DNA from: Actinomycetota bacterium | Lineage (GTDB): Bacteria > Actinomycetota > Thermoleophilia > Gaiellales > Gaiellaceae | Direction of reading: 5' to 3' | Assembly (NCBI GenBank): GCA_046727975.1 | Contig: JBKPDR010000004.1 | Location: 47,819 to 111,818, forward strand | Length of the DNA: 64,000 bases | In this document: piece by piece, positions 8,500 to 18,444 of the stretch | How the letters are laid out: each line of letters opens with the position of its first letter | Numbering within the stretch: position 1 is the stretch's first letter | Notes under the pieces: model-generated | Databases searched by the model: none | Told to the model about the DNA's origin: nothing | The model's input: only the letters and a program-made list of their open reading frames with translations | Position numbers and translations under genes: made by a program

Positions 8500-10275
8500 A
8501 TGAGACGACTTCGGCTTGCCGTGCCGACGGTGATCGTCGTGCTCGCCCTCTTCAGTGCGGTCGCAGCGGCCGGCGACAACGACTCCGGCTTCAAGACGTC
8601 ACGACCGTCGATGATCAACGTGCTCGCGCCGGCGAAGCCGACGGTGCCGATCATTACGACCGGCGAGACGATGCCTGCGGGATATCGCTTCGAGTCGATT
8701 CCGGACGGGATCGCCTTTCGTGCGCGGGGCCAGGGACGACTGGACGTCTTCGTGAACCACGAGACGTCGACGGTTCCGTTCCCGTTCAACGCACCCTTCG
8801 GCGGGTCGCCGCCAACCGAGGCGAATCAAAACGACTTCGACAACTCGCAGGTCAGCCAGCTGATCCTGAACCAGCACAGTGCGGGCGTCCTCTCCGCGAA
8901 GTACGCGATCGCAAGCGGGTCGAACTACCAGCGCTTCTGCTCGAGCTACATGGGAACGGAGCAGGAAGGTTTCGACCGGCCCGTCTACTTCGCGAACGAG
9001 GAGGCGCAGGATTGGGTCTTCCGCAGCGGAACCGCGTTCCGCGGGCCCGGCTTGACGCCGGCGGGCACCGCCGGCGCTGAGCAGACTGGCGTCACCGCCG
9101 CGTACGACGCTCAGACTGGCAAGTTCAAGACGATCTACGGCATGGGGCGGTTCAACCACGAGAACACGGTTCCCATACCGGTCGCCGACGATCTCTTCGT
9201 GCTCTCGACGGACGACACGTTCTTCACCACGCAGCTGGCCGAGCCGTACAAGCCGGCGTGGTCGCAGCTGTACAGCTACATCGCGCCCGACGCTGACGCG
9301 CTGATGAACGACGAGGGCGACCTCTGGGCGTTCGTCTCCGACACCGAGGGCTACGACGATTACTTCGACTTCACTCCCGGCGATACGACGGAGATCGAGG
9401 GACACTTCATCAAAGTGCCCAAGGCCATCGCCACCGGAAAGAATCCCGCGACCGGGGCCGATTGGCTCTCCACGAGCTTCCCGGGGATGCTGCCGCCGCC
9501 GGCGGTCTCGGGGGCTCCTCCGGATGGTCCGCAGTGGGTCCTCGACCAGTGGGGCAACGCAGAGAACAACGAGCAGGGCGAGAACGTGTTCCGCTTCGTC
9601 CGGCTCGAGGACGTTGCCTACGACAAGCGCCCGGGCATGTCGAACATCGTGTACATGGCGGACACGGGGCGGGCAACGGCAGGAGCCGCCCCCACCCCCG
9701 AACGCTCGACGAACGGCCGGATCTGGAAGCTCATCTTCGACCCGGACAACCCGACCGAGAATGCGAAGCTCTCGATCCTCGTCGAGGGTGACGACAACGA
9801 AGTCGCGGCAACCGATCCGGTTACCGCGTTCAACGAGATCCACCAGCCCGACAACCTCGACACGACGGCGAACGGCAGCCTGCTGGTCACGGAGGATCCG
9901 AGCAGCAACAACCAGTACGCATTCCCGAGAGACGCGAACGAGACGCCCGCTCGGCTCTGGCGCATCGACCTGAATGCAGCGAGCCCGGACGCGTCCAAGG
10001 TGACCGCTGCGGAGGTCGACCAGTCGCTCGACGAGCTCGACGGCTACGACGTCGACGCGGCCGGTCGCGCGAACATGGGGAACTGGGAGTCGAGCGGCGT
10101 CATCGACGCCTCCCCGGTCTTTGGACCCGGCGCGTTCCTCATCACGATCCAGGCGCACTCCCTCTGGATCGAGAAGGCCGACGGGCCCGATGCGCTCCCA
10201 CCCCCGGGGAAGGACTACACCTTCAAGCGGGAGGGCGGCCAGCTCGCACTCATCTACCTGAACCCGAGCTGGTAG
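8500..10275 (+). CDS. Secreted DUF839/PhoX-like beta-propeller protein (putative phosphatase)
   Basis: ORF 8500..10275 (591 aa). Signal peptide MRRLRLAVPTVIVVLALFSAVAAAG. Blocks FANEE, GRFNHEN and PDNLDTTANGSLLVTEDP resemble PhoX-family propellers. GGGAGGGGAG RBS upstream. Confidence 0.55.
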   Translation: MRRLRLAVPTVIVVLALFSAVAAAGDNDSGFKTSRPSMINVLAPAKPTVPIITTGETMPAGYRFESIPDGIAFRARGQGRLDVFVNHETSTVPFPFNAPFGGSPPTEANQNDFDNSQVSQLILNQHSAGVLSAKYAIASGSNYQRFCSSYMGTEQEGFDRPVYFANEEAQDWVFRSGTAFRGPGLTPAGTAGAEQTGVTAAYDAQTGKFKTIYGMGRFNHENTVPIPVADDLFVLSTDDTFFTTQLAEPYKPAWSQLYSYIAPDADALMNDEGDLWAFVSDTEGYDDYFDFTPGDTTEIEGHFIKVPKAIATGKNPATGADWLSTSFPGMLPPPAVSGAPPDGPQWVLDQWGNAENNEQGENVFRFVRLEDVAYDKRPGMSNIVYMADTGRATAGAAPTPERSTNGRIWKLIFDPDNPTENAKLSILVEGDDNEVAATDPVTAFNEIHQPDNLDTTANGSLLVTEDPSSNNQYAFPRDANETPARLWRIDLNAASPDASKVTAAEVDQSLDELDGYDVDAAGRANMGNWESSGVIDASPVFGPGAFLITIQAHSLWIEKADGPDALPPPGKDYTFKREGGQLALIYLNPSW

Positions 10276-10300
10276 CTCGAGCGTAGAGACCATCTCGCAC

Positions 10301-10323
10301 GCGGGCGCCGTTCGGCGGCGCCC
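10301..10323 (+). terminator. GC-rich hairpin downstream of the PhoX-like gene
   Basis: gcgggcgcc-gttcg-ggcgcccgc: 9-bp perfect stem with a 5-nt loop, 26 nt after the stop. No U-tract, which is common in high-GC genomes. Confidence 0.5.
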
Positions 10324-10356
10324 GCGGCATCGTGGAGGCGACTACGATCGCCCTAC

Positions 10357-11478
10357 ATGGGCGACACGATCGTCCTGGGCCGGGTCTACGGGATCCGGAT
10401 CGGGATCAACTGGAGCTGGCTCGTCATCGCCGCGCTCCTCGTCTGGTCGCTTGCAGGCAGCGTCTTTCCCGAGACGAACCCTGGGCTTTCGGACGGAACG
10501 TACGTCGCGATGGCGATCGGGGCCGCCGTCGCGTTCTTCGTCTGCCTCCTGCTGCACGAGCTCGGGCACGCACTCCAGGCCCGTCGCGAACGCGTCGCGA
10601 TCGAGGGGATCACGCTCTGGATGCTCGGCGGAGTCGCGAAGCTCACCGGGAGCGTTCCGAACGCCGGAGCGGAGCTCCGCATCGCCGTCGCCGGGCCCGC
10701 CGTCTCCCTCGTGCTCGGATTGGCGTTCACCGGAATCGCGGCAGGCCTCTCCCTTCCGGAGTCGGTCGACGCGGTCGCCGCCTGGCTCGGCTACGTAAAC
10801 CTGCTCCTGCTCGGGTTCAATCTCCTCCCCGCCTTTCCGCTCGACGGCGGCCGGCTGCTCTTCGGCGGCATCTGGCTCGCCACGGGCAGTCTCGTCCGGG
10901 CCACCCGCGCGGCGGTCGCCGTGAGTCGCGCTGCGGCCCTCGCCATGATCGTGCTCGGCGTCCTGCTCCTCTTCGGAGGAGGTGCCACCGCCGGCATCTG
11001 GCTCGCATTCATCGGCTGGTTTCTGTTGCAGGCGGCCGGCGCCGAAGCGGAGCGGCGGACGACGGAAGAACGCCTTCGCGGGGTGCGCGTCCGCGACCTC
11101 ATGACCGCGAATCCCGTCTCGGTCCCCGCAGACCTGTCGCTCTCCGATTTCGTCGACGAGGTCGTCTGGCGCGCCCGGGTCACGACGTACCCGGTCGTCG
11201 AGAACGGTGCTCCGATCGGCCTTCTGCCGTTCTCCGCGGTCGCCGAGGTGCCTAGGCCCCGATGGGACGAGACAAGCGTCGCGGACTGCATGCTGCCGCT
11301 CGAAAAGGTGCCGGTGCTCGCGCCGGAGACTCCTGTAGTGGACGCGCTGGCTGAGATATCGGGCTCTGACGTGCGGCGGGCGCTCGTCGTCGCGAACGGT
11401 CGCCTCGCCGGCATCCTCTCGATCACCGATCTCATGCGGGCACTCGAGGTCGGCGGGCCGGCCTCGAGACGGAGCTGA
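10357..11478 (+). CDS. Site-2 protease family M50 metalloprotease with C-terminal CBS pair
   Basis: ORF 10357..11478 (373 aa). HELGH zinc motif, multiple TM helices, FNLLPAFPLDGG motif, then two CBS repeats. Confidence 0.88.
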   Translation: MGDTIVLGRVYGIRIGINWSWLVIAALLVWSLAGSVFPETNPGLSDGTYVAMAIGAAVAFFVCLLLHELGHALQARRERVAIEGITLWMLGGVAKLTGSVPNAGAELRIAVAGPAVSLVLGLAFTGIAAGLSLPESVDAVAAWLGYVNLLLLGFNLLPAFPLDGGRLLFGGIWLATGSLVRATRAAVAVSRAAALAMIVLGVLLLFGGGATAGIWLAFIGWFLLQAAGAEAERRTTEERLRGVRVRDLMTANPVSVPADLSLSDFVDEVVWRARVTTYPVVENGAPIGLLPFSAVAEVPRPRWDETSVADCMLPLEKVPVLAPETPVVDALAEISGSDVRRALVVANGRLAGILSITDLMRALEVGGPASRRS

Positions 11479-11549
11479 CTTAGAGCACCTCACGCAATGA
11501 GCGGCCATGTCGCCACGCGACGGGCGATCATTCTGTGAGGCGCTCTTAG
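11479..11549. terminator. Long inverted repeat spanning the two convergent stop codons
   Basis: cttagagcacctcac ... gtgaggcgctcttag: 13 of 15 positions pair, with a 41-nt loop. Lies between the M50 protease (+) and capD-like (-) 3' ends. Confidence 0.3.
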
Positions 11550-13453
11550 CCGGACGCCGGGGCCGTCTTCGCGGCGCCCGCGCCGTCGCCGGCCGCGAGC
11601 TCGACGCGGCGCGGCGCGGCGACGATGGCGTTCAACCGGCCGACGAGCTCCAGCGTCTCCCCTCCCACGACGAGCCGCTCGAGGAGGTCCAGCTCGCCGT
11701 CGAGCCACTCCGCTTCGATCGGTGGGCGGGTCACGAGCAGAATCGCCTCGTAGCGCGAGGGGGTTACCGTCTCGTCGCGCGACCAGAGCTCCTCGTGCAG
11801 CTTCTCTCCCCGCCGCGCGCCCACGATCTCGATCTCGATGTCCCGGCCCGGTTCCTTCCCGGAAAGCCGGATCATCGTGTCCGCGAGATCGACGATGCGG
11901 ACAGGGTCGCCCATGTCGAGCACGTAGATCTGGCCCTGTCCCCCGATGGCGCCGGCCTGGATGACGAGCTGGACCGCCTCTGGGATCGTCATGAAGAAGC
12001 GCGTCATTTCCCTGTGTGTGACGGTCACCGGGCCGCCGCGCGCGATCTGCTTGCGGAAGGTGGGGATGACGCTCCCCGACGAGCCGAGCACGTTTCCGAA
12101 GCGCACCGCACAGAAGCGTGTCGGCGTATCGTCCCGATGTCCCCAGGCTTCCACGAGCCATTCGCACAACGCCTTCGATTGACCCATGACGTTCTTCGAG
12201 TTCACTGCCTTGTCGGTGGACACGAGGACGAACCGCTTCGCCTCGAACTCCACCGCGACGTCGGCGACGGTGCGGGTGACGAGGGTGTTGTTGCGGACCG
12301 CTTCGATCGGGTTCGCCTCCACCAGGGGAACGTGCTTGTACGCGGCGGCGTGGAACACGACCCCCGGCCGGTACTTCTCGAACACCTGGCGCATCTTGGT
12401 CGCGTTGCCGGCGTCGGCGAGGATTGCCGCTGTCGCGCGGAAGTCGCGCTCGTCGACGAGCTCGCGCTCGATCTCGAACAGCCCGCGCTCGCCGTTGTCC
12501 ACGAGCACGAGCCGTGTCGGTGCGACACGTGCGATCTGTCTGCAGAGCTCCGCGCCGATGGAGCCTCCTGCCCCGGTCACGAGCACGACCTCGCCCGTCA
12601 GGTACTCCGCAATCGACTCGAGGTCCACCTCGACCGGCTCGCGGCCGAGCAAGTCTTCCACCTCGACCGGCCGGATCTGACCGGTGAAGTTCGAGTCCGT
12701 GGAGATCATCTCGGCCAGGCCGGGAAGCGTCTTCACGGGAACCCGCTCGGTGCGCGCGATCGCGACGATGCGCTCGCGCTGCTCGCCCGAGGCGGAGGGG
12801 ATCGCGATGAGGAGCTCGTCCGGCCGTCGCTCGCGGAGCAGGTAGCGGAGATCGCCGGTCGTCCCGAGAACTCGGACTCCGTGCAGGCGGACGTTCTTCT
12901 TCCGCGGATCGTCGTCGACGAGGCCGATCGGCGTGTAGCCGAGAGCCGGCGTGCGCAGCATCTCGCGGAGGATCTGCTCGCCGGCGTCTCCGGCGCCGAC
13001 GATGATGACCTCCTTGCCGCGGGCGACGATCGTCCCTGCGGCCGGCCGCTCGAGCAGCGTCCGGACGAGCAGCCGCGATCCCGTCACGAGGCCGAGGAGG
13101 AGCAGCAGATCGACGATCCAGATCCCACGCGGCACACGCGCGGGGTGGAAGTCGAGCAGCGTGAAGACGAGAAAGGCGGCGATCACGGCCGCCGAGACGC
13201 CGCGGGCCGCGCCCCACATGTCCCGCGTCGACACGTATCGCCACCAGCGGTTGTAGAAGCCGAAGGCGACGAAGACGGGAATCGTGATCCCGACGACGAG
13301 CACGACGACGTCCCACTCGAGGTACCGCCGGTAGTACACCGGCGGCTCGAAGTCGTCGAAGCGCAGGTACCACGAGAGGAGCCAAGCCGCCGCGACGAGC
13401 GCGGCGTCGACCGCGACCTGCCACAGCCTGTGCCTATTGACGGGGCTCCTCAT
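11546..13453 (-). CDS. Membrane-anchored NDP-sugar 4,6-dehydratase (CapD/WbpM/PglF family)
   Basis: ORF 11546..13453 (635 aa). Four N-terminal TM helices, then VLVTGAGGSIG Rossmann and the YxxxK SDR core. Confidence 0.9.
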   Translation of the reverse strand: MRSPVNRHRLWQVAVDAALVAAAWLLSWYLRFDDFEPPVYYRRYLEWDVVVLVVGITIPVFVAFGFYNRWWRYVSTRDMWGAARGVSAAVIAAFLVFTLLDFHPARVPRGIWIVDLLLLLGLVTGSRLLVRTLLERPAAGTIVARGKEVIIVGAGDAGEQILREMLRTPALGYTPIGLVDDDPRKKNVRLHGVRVLGTTGDLRYLLRERRPDELLIAIPSASGEQRERIVAIARTERVPVKTLPGLAEMISTDSNFTGQIRPVEVEDLLGREPVEVDLESIAEYLTGEVVLVTGAGGSIGAELCRQIARVAPTRLVLVDNGERGLFEIERELVDERDFRATAAILADAGNATKMRQVFEKYRPGVVFHAAAYKHVPLVEANPIEAVRNNTLVTRTVADVAVEFEAKRFVLVSTDKAVNSKNVMGQSKALCEWLVEAWGHRDDTPTRFCAVRFGNVLGSSGSVIPTFRKQIARGGPVTVTHREMTRFFMTIPEAVQLVIQAGAIGGQGQIYVLDMGDPVRIVDLADTMIRLSGKEPGRDIEIEIVGARRGEKLHEELWSRDETVTPSRYEAILLVTRPPIEAEWLDGELDLLERLVVGGETLELVGRLNAIVAAPRRVELAAGDGAGAAKTAPASG

Positions 13454-14538
13454 GCCCGGACTCCAGCAGTCGCAAGGACCGTTTGGACGACCCGCTGCTG
13501 CTGCTCGGCCGTGATCCCCGCCCAGAGCGGGATCGAGAAGTTCTCCCGCGCCGCGCGCTCGGTCTCGGGCAGGTCCCCTTCCTCGTATCCGAGATAGCGG
13601 AGCGCCGGCTGCAGGTGCAGGGGCGGCTGGTAGTAGTGGGCGTTCCCGATCTGCGCATCCGTGAGCGCGGCTTGGATCTCGTCGCGCTGCGGCGAGCGGG
13701 AGACGAAGACGTGGTACACGTGGCCGGGCTCGTCCTCGGGGAGCTCACACGCCTGGCCGAGCCCGAGTCGGCGATACCGCCCGGCGGCCTCGCGGCGCTG
13801 CGCGGTCCACGAGTCGAGCTCGCGGAGGAAGATGCGGAGAACGGCGGCTTGAATCTCGTCGAGCCTGGAGTTCGTGCCGATGTAGTCGAACGTGCGCTTC
13901 TCCTTCGAGCCGTGGAAGCGCAGCATCCGAATGCGCTCGGCGAGCTCCTCGTCGTTCACGGCGACGAGACCTCCGTCCCCGAGCGCGAACAGGTTCTTGG
14001 TCGGGTAGAAGCTGAACGTCGACGCGATGCCGACCTTGGCGATGTCCGGCGATCCGAACGACTGTGCCGCGTCCTCGATCAGCGGAAGCCCGAACGCGGC
14101 GAGCTCGGCGAGCGGCGCCGGCCTTCCGAAGAGATGCACCGGCATGATCGCCTTCGTACGCGACGTGATGCGCTCGGCGACGCGCTCCGGATCCAGGTTG
14201 AACGTCTGCGGGTCGATGTCCGCGAACACGGGAGTGGCCCCCACGCGAGCGATCGCCTCGGCCGTCGCGTAGAAGGTGAATGCGGGACAGATGACCTCGT
14301 CTCCCGCACCGATCTCGAGGGCGTTCAAGACGAGCACGATCGCGTCAGTGCCGTTCCCGACGCTCACTGTCTCGCGGACGGCGAGGAAGCCCGCCGCCTC
14401 CTGCTCGAATGCGGCGACGTTGGGCCCGAACACGAACTGCCCGCTCTCGAGCACGTCGTCGACCGCCCGTCTGATGTCGGGAAGCAGAGGCGCGTACTGC
14501 GCCTTCACGTCGATGAGCGGAATCGGCCGCGGAGTCAC
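13450..14538 (-). CDS. DegT/DnrJ/EryC1/StrS-family sugar aminotransferase
   Basis: In frame with ORF 13450..14757. Homology starts at IPLIDVKAQY. The only plausible start is GTG at 14538, because upstream codons overlap dedA. PLP-lysine region FSFYPTKNL. ATGA-type overlap with the capD-like gene. Confidence 0.88.
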   Translation of the reverse strand: MTPRPIPLIDVKAQYAPLLPDIRRAVDDVLESGQFVFGPNVAAFEQEAAGFLAVRETVSVGNGTDAIVLVLNALEIGAGDEVICPAFTFYATAEAIARVGATPVFADIDPQTFNLDPERVAERITSRTKAIMPVHLFGRPAPLAELAAFGLPLIEDAAQSFGSPDIAKVGIASTFSFYPTKNLFALGDGGLVAVNDEELAERIRMLRFHGSKEKRTFDYIGTNSRLDEIQAAVLRIFLRELDSWTAQRREAAGRYRRLGLGQACELPEDEPGHVYHVFVSRSPQRDEIQAALTDAQIGNAHYYQPPLHLQPALRYLGYEEGDLPETERAARENFSIPLWAGITAEQQQRVVQTVLATAGVRA

Positions 14539-14582
14539 GGGGACATCCGAGTGTAACCGTGAAGAGTCAGACCTCAGGCCGT

Positions 14583-15269
14583 TCAGCGTGAGGACGATTC
14601 CTCGGCCGCACGCCGGCTGCGAAGCCGCCTGAAAACGAGCCATGCGACGGCCACGACGACCGCGCCGACGACGGCGTAGTCGAAATAGCTGAAGGCGTCG
14701 TGGATGTCCTCCCAGTTCGCACCGGCCGCCCAGCCTCCAGCCGCAAAGGCGAAGCACCAGATCGCCGATCCCGCGAGCGTCAAGAGCGTGTAGCGGAGGA
14801 GCGGCGTCTCCATGACGCCGGCGGGGATGGAGACGAACGAGCGAACGACGGGCGTCAGGCGCCCGAGGAACACCGCCCAGTCCTCCCAGCGCTCGAACCA
14901 GCGCTCCGCCCGGTCGAGCTTCTCCCGATCGAGATGCAGCCAGCGCCCGCGGCGTTCAAGGTACGGGCGGCCGCCGTAGAGCCCGATGGCCCAGCCTGCG
15001 ATCGAGCCGAGCGTGTAGCCGAGCGTGCCGGCGAGAGCGACCGCGACGTAGGCGGGGAGCCCGGCGTCGGGCTCCCAGCCGAGGAGCACGACGTCCTGCT
15101 CGGCGAAGGCGCCGGAGGCGACGGCGCCCGCGTACACCATCACGACTTCGCTCGCGGCCGGGAGGACCGCGTCGACGAGCATGAGCAGGAAGACCGCGTA
15201 CAGCCCGTAGTCTCCGATCGCGGACGTGACCGCCTCGGTGACCTCGCTGACGATCGAGGCGACGAGCAT
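14583..15269 (-). CDS. dedA: DedA-family membrane protein
   Basis: ORF 14583..15269 (228 aa). Conserved DedA blocks (GRPYLERRG..., FLGRLTPVVRSFVSIPAG). Confidence 0.88.
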   Translation of the reverse strand: MLVASIVSEVTEAVTSAIGDYGLYAVFLLMLVDAVLPAASEVVMVYAGAVASGAFAEQDVVLLGWEPDAGLPAYVAVALAGTLGYTLGSIAGWAIGLYGGRPYLERRGRWLHLDREKLDRAERWFERWEDWAVFLGRLTPVVRSFVSIPAGVMETPLLRYTLLTLAGSAIWCFAFAAGGWAAGANWEDIHDAFSYFDYAVVGAVVVAVAWLVFRRLRSRRAAEESSSR

Positions 15270-15284
15270 CGGGCGAGTCTATTT

Positions 15285-15460
15285 GTGCGCAAGGCCGGAA
15301 TCGCTTCAGTGCGCAAGAGCAGAATCTGCGAGCGCAGATTCTGCTCGCGCGAAAGAGTCCTGCGCCCGCTACGCGGGCGCTGGCGCACGCGGATTCCGGC
15401 CGCGCGTAAACCCCTGAAGTGCGGCCGCTTCGCGACCGCCGTGTTTGCCAGCTTCAGATA
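15285..15460. repeat. Composite hairpin-module repeat (family 1), nested copy
   Basis: Aligns with 53521..53625. The outer module gtgcgcaag-ccggaatcgc...gcggattccgg-ccgcgcg is interrupted by a second module (stem 15319..15329 / 15334..15344, 11 bp perfect). A gcgcccgc-tac-gcgggcgc hairpin (15362..15380) and a gcggccg-cttcg-cgaccgc hairpin follow. Confidence 0.75.
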
Positions 15461-15477
15461 ACGCCTCGGGTGGCGCG

Positions 15478-17262
15478 TTACCTGCGCGCAGCAACCCGTC
15501 GCACCGTGAGCGCCTGCTCGAGCGAGACCGATCCCAGCTCATTGCGCGCGAGGACGAGAACGCGGTAGCGGCCGCCGTAGGCTAGGCGTCCGTCACGCCG
15601 CCTGCCGTTCCAGAGCACCACGCTCTGACCCGCCGCGAACGCTCGCTGGGCCACGGTCTGCAGCAAGATGCCGTGCATCGTCTCGACGCGCACGGTGACG
15701 CGTGCGGGGCGCGCTTGGTTCCACTGGATCCTGACCGTGCCCCCGTCGGGACGAAGGAAGAGCGTCCGCGGTGCGACCTTGAGGAAGCCGAGGGTGGAGT
15801 TCACCCAGAACCGCCGGGTCATGGTCGATGCCAGGCTTTGGTCGTCGGTCGCGGAGACGGCGAGCGTCCAGCGCCCCTCTGCGGCAGGCAGAGGGGCGCT
15901 GAGAGGCGCCGGCGGAACTCCAGGCTCGGACGGAGGAGGTTCCGGCGGCAGAGGTGGGAACGGCACCTCGTACCTGCCGGGCTCGCGGAGTGCGGTCTCC
16001 TGGAACGCGACGCTGCCGTCGGGAGCCGTGAGCGTCACCGTCACGTTGGAAGGACGCACGACCTTGTACGCGAGCCGCTCTTCCTCTCCAACGCCGTCGC
16101 CGTTCGGAGAGAGCACGGAAGCGGTCGGCGGCGGCGCGTACACGCCGCTGTAGAGGAGCATGAGCGCCGTCGAAATGGGTCGCTCCCGACCCTCGGACGG
16201 CCGGTTCAGGACGACGCCGTCGAACGCGAGCGTGGTGGAACCACCGCCGTCCAACGCCATCGCCCGGACCGCGCCGAACCGCATCATCGTCTGGGCCATC
16301 TCGAAGTTGGTCATGCCCACCGAGTACCCGGACTGCCGCCCGTCGACTGCGATCAGCAGGATCCGTCCGTCGGCGGTCTGGCCGACCGCCGTGCGCGGAT
16401 GTCGCGGAGCGAGCTGCGACGTCGTGAAGGCCTCGTTCGCGCGGAAGACAGGCGCACCGTCCCTGACGAGCACCGGCCCGCCGCCGATTGCGTCCCCGAC
16501 GGTCTCCCAGCCCGGTTGCAGGATGAGCCGGATGGTGACGGTTGCTCCGAGCGCGGCCTCCGCCGTGAGCTTCGCCGCCGCTGTTCCCCGCGCGACGAGT
16601 ACCGCCGTCCCGGGCGCGATGGGGACCGACTCGGCCTGGAAGGCGTCGGCGACAGGCGCGATGAGGTCGGCGTTCGGCGTCGCCGCCGGAAACGGGGAGA
16701 GGATGACGTTCACCGCGCCCGGTACCCGAGGCGTTGCCGGTCCCCAGTCGGACGTGAAAAGGGCGATCCCGTTCGCGCCCGGAGCCTCGTTGTACGCGTT
16801 CACAGGACGGCGCTGGCCGGTTCCGCGCCAGGTGGCGAAGAGCTTGACCCGTTGGACGTCGAGCGTGCCGTCGAGCGAGATGCCGGCGCTCGAGCGCTTG
16901 CCCTCGGGCGCGCTGACGAGCACGCCGTCCCGGAGCAGGATCCCGCTCGGCCTACCGTCCTTGAACGAGTAGTAGTCGCCGTTGATCCCGACCGCGGTGG
17001 CCTGCGTGCTCATCCGGCGCTGAATGGCGGTGACCGTCTCGAGCCTCGTCACCGACTCGTTCGACAGCACCGGCCGCAGCCGATAGAGACCGCTCGGGCG
17101 CGGGCTCCGGACGACGTGGATTGCAACCGGGCCGTGCGGCGTGAACTGGACGTCCTGCTCATAGGTGACCCCGGGAAGGAGCTGCGTGCCCTGCGCAGGT
17201 GCAGTCGTGGCGAACGCGAGAGCGACCGCGGCGAACGCGGGGACGAGCGCGAGGCGAAGCAC
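15478..17262 (-). CDS. Secreted phosphodiester glycosidase family protein (DUF2233/NAGPA-like) with C-terminal FlgD-Ig-like domains
   Basis: ORF 15478..17262 (594 aa). Signal peptide. GINGDYY and AVGQTADGRILLIAVDGRQ...ALDGGGSTT blocks. SPNGDG-type Ig-like repeats at the C-terminus. Confidence 0.72.
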   Translation of the reverse strand: MLRLALVPAFAAVALAFATTAPAQGTQLLPGVTYEQDVQFTPHGPVAIHVVRSPRPSGLYRLRPVLSNESVTRLETVTAIQRRMSTQATAVGINGDYYSFKDGRPSGILLRDGVLVSAPEGKRSSAGISLDGTLDVQRVKLFATWRGTGQRRPVNAYNEAPGANGIALFTSDWGPATPRVPGAVNVILSPFPAATPNADLIAPVADAFQAESVPIAPGTAVLVARGTAAAKLTAEAALGATVTIRLILQPGWETVGDAIGGGPVLVRDGAPVFRANEAFTTSQLAPRHPRTAVGQTADGRILLIAVDGRQSGYSVGMTNFEMAQTMMRFGAVRAMALDGGGSTTLAFDGVVLNRPSEGRERPISTALMLLYSGVYAPPPTASVLSPNGDGVGEEERLAYKVVRPSNVTVTLTAPDGSVAFQETALREPGRYEVPFPPLPPEPPPSEPGVPPAPLSAPLPAAEGRWTLAVSATDDQSLASTMTRRFWVNSTLGFLKVAPRTLFLRPDGGTVRIQWNQARPARVTVRVETMHGILLQTVAQRAFAAGQSVVLWNGRRRDGRLAYGGRYRVLVLARNELGSVSLEQALTVRRVAARR

Positions 17263-17337
17263 GGCGCGGTCGAGGGTACCTCAACCGGAACCGTCGATTT
17301 GCAGGCTCTTACACGATTCGAACAGGAGCGATGGCTG

Positions 17338-18444
17338 CTACGTGAAGACCTTGACCGTCCGGTACAGCGTGTCGCGCTGCACCGGGACCTTCCCCAGCGA
17401 GCGGATGAGATGGACGAGCTCGTCCGTCGTCGTCCGGTGTGTGGTGCCGGCGGCCGAGACGACGTTCTCCTCGATCATCACCGATCCCATGTCGTCGGCG
17501 CCGAACCCGAGTGCGACCTGGCCGACCTTCATTCCCTGCGTCACCCAGGAAGACTGGATGTGCGGCACGTTGTCCAGGTAGATGCGCGAGACCGCCTGCG
17601 TCAGCAGGTAGTCGACGGAGGTCGGGCGGTCCTCCTCGCGCACGACGGCGTCCATGCGGTTGCCGTCGCGCTGGAACGTCCAGGAGATAAAAGCCCGGAA
17701 GCCGCGGGTCTCGTCCTGGAGCTCCCGGATCCGGCGCATGTGCTCGACGCGCTCCTCGAGCGTCTCGACGTGCCCGTACATCATCGTCGCGGTGGTCGAC
17801 ATGCCCAGTCGATGGGCCTGGCGCATGACGTCGAGCCATTCGTCGGTGCGCGTCTTCTTGGGGGCGATGATCTTGCGGACTCGATCCACGAGTATTTCCG
17901 CTCCTCCTCCTGGCAACGAGTCGAGTCCGCTATCGCGGAGACGCGACAATGTCTCGGCGACGGTAAGCTTCGAGCGGCGCGCGATGTGCTGGACCTCCGG
18001 GGGCGAGAGCGCGTGCAGGTGGATCTTGTAGCGCGCCTTGATCGAGCGGAAGAGGTCCTCGTAGTAGTCGATACCGAGATCGGGATGGTGACCTCCCTGC
18101 ATGAGCAGGCCGGTGCCGCCGATCGCAAGCGTCTCCTCGATCTTCTTGTAGATGACCGGCTTCGGGAGCAGGTAGCCCTCGCGCCGGTCCCCGGGGCGCC
18201 GGTAAAACGCGCAGAAGTCGCAGTCGGTGACGCAGATGTTCGTGTAGTTGACGTTCCGGTCGACGATGAACGTCACGCGCGAGGGATCGTTGAAGCGATT
18301 TCGGATCGCGTTCGCCGCCCGACCGACCGGTACGAGGTCGCGCGAGCGCAGCAGCACGACGGCCTCCTCGTCCGAGATGCGCTCCCCGTCGAGCGCTTTC
18401 TCGAGCACGTCGGGAACCGACGTCATCTCTGTCGCCACCCTCAT
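17338..18444 (-). CDS. mqnC: Cyclic dehypoxanthinyl futalosine synthase (radical SAM)
   Basis: ORF 17338..18444 (368 aa). CxxxCxxC radical-SAM motif (CVTDCDFCAF) and the FISWTFQ block typical of MqnC. ATGA overlap with mqnA. Confidence 0.82.
   Translation of the reverse strand: MRVATEMTSVPDVLEKALDGERISDEEAVVLLRSRDLVPVGRAANAIRNRFNDPSRVTFIVDRNVNYTNICVTDCDFCAFYRRPGDRREGYLLPKPVIYKKIEETLAIGGTGLLMQGGHHPDLGIDYYEDLFRSIKARYKIHLHALSPPEVQHIARRSKLTVAETLSRLRDSGLDSLPGGGAEILVDRVRKIIAPKKTRTDEWLDVMRQAHRLGMSTTATMMYGHVETLEERVEHMRRIRELQDETRGFRAFISWTFQRDGNRMDAVVREEDRPTSVDYLLTQAVSRIYLDNVPHIQSSWVTQGMKVGQVALGFGADDMGSVMIEENVVSAAGTTHRTTTDELVHLIRSLGKVPVQRDTLYRTVKVFT

Noticed and set aside
8599-10293. A 564-aa ORF antisense to the PhoX-like gene
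   Set aside because: It is a shadow ORF. It has low-complexity Arg/Val/Asp-rich sequence and no signal or motif, while the plus-strand gene has a signal peptide, an RBS and family blocks.
17263-17337. A possible tRNA, suggested by a gattcgaac string that resembles a T-loop
   Set aside because: No acceptor, D or anticodon stems can be drawn on either strand. The T-loop-like string is wrongly placed relative to any 3' end.
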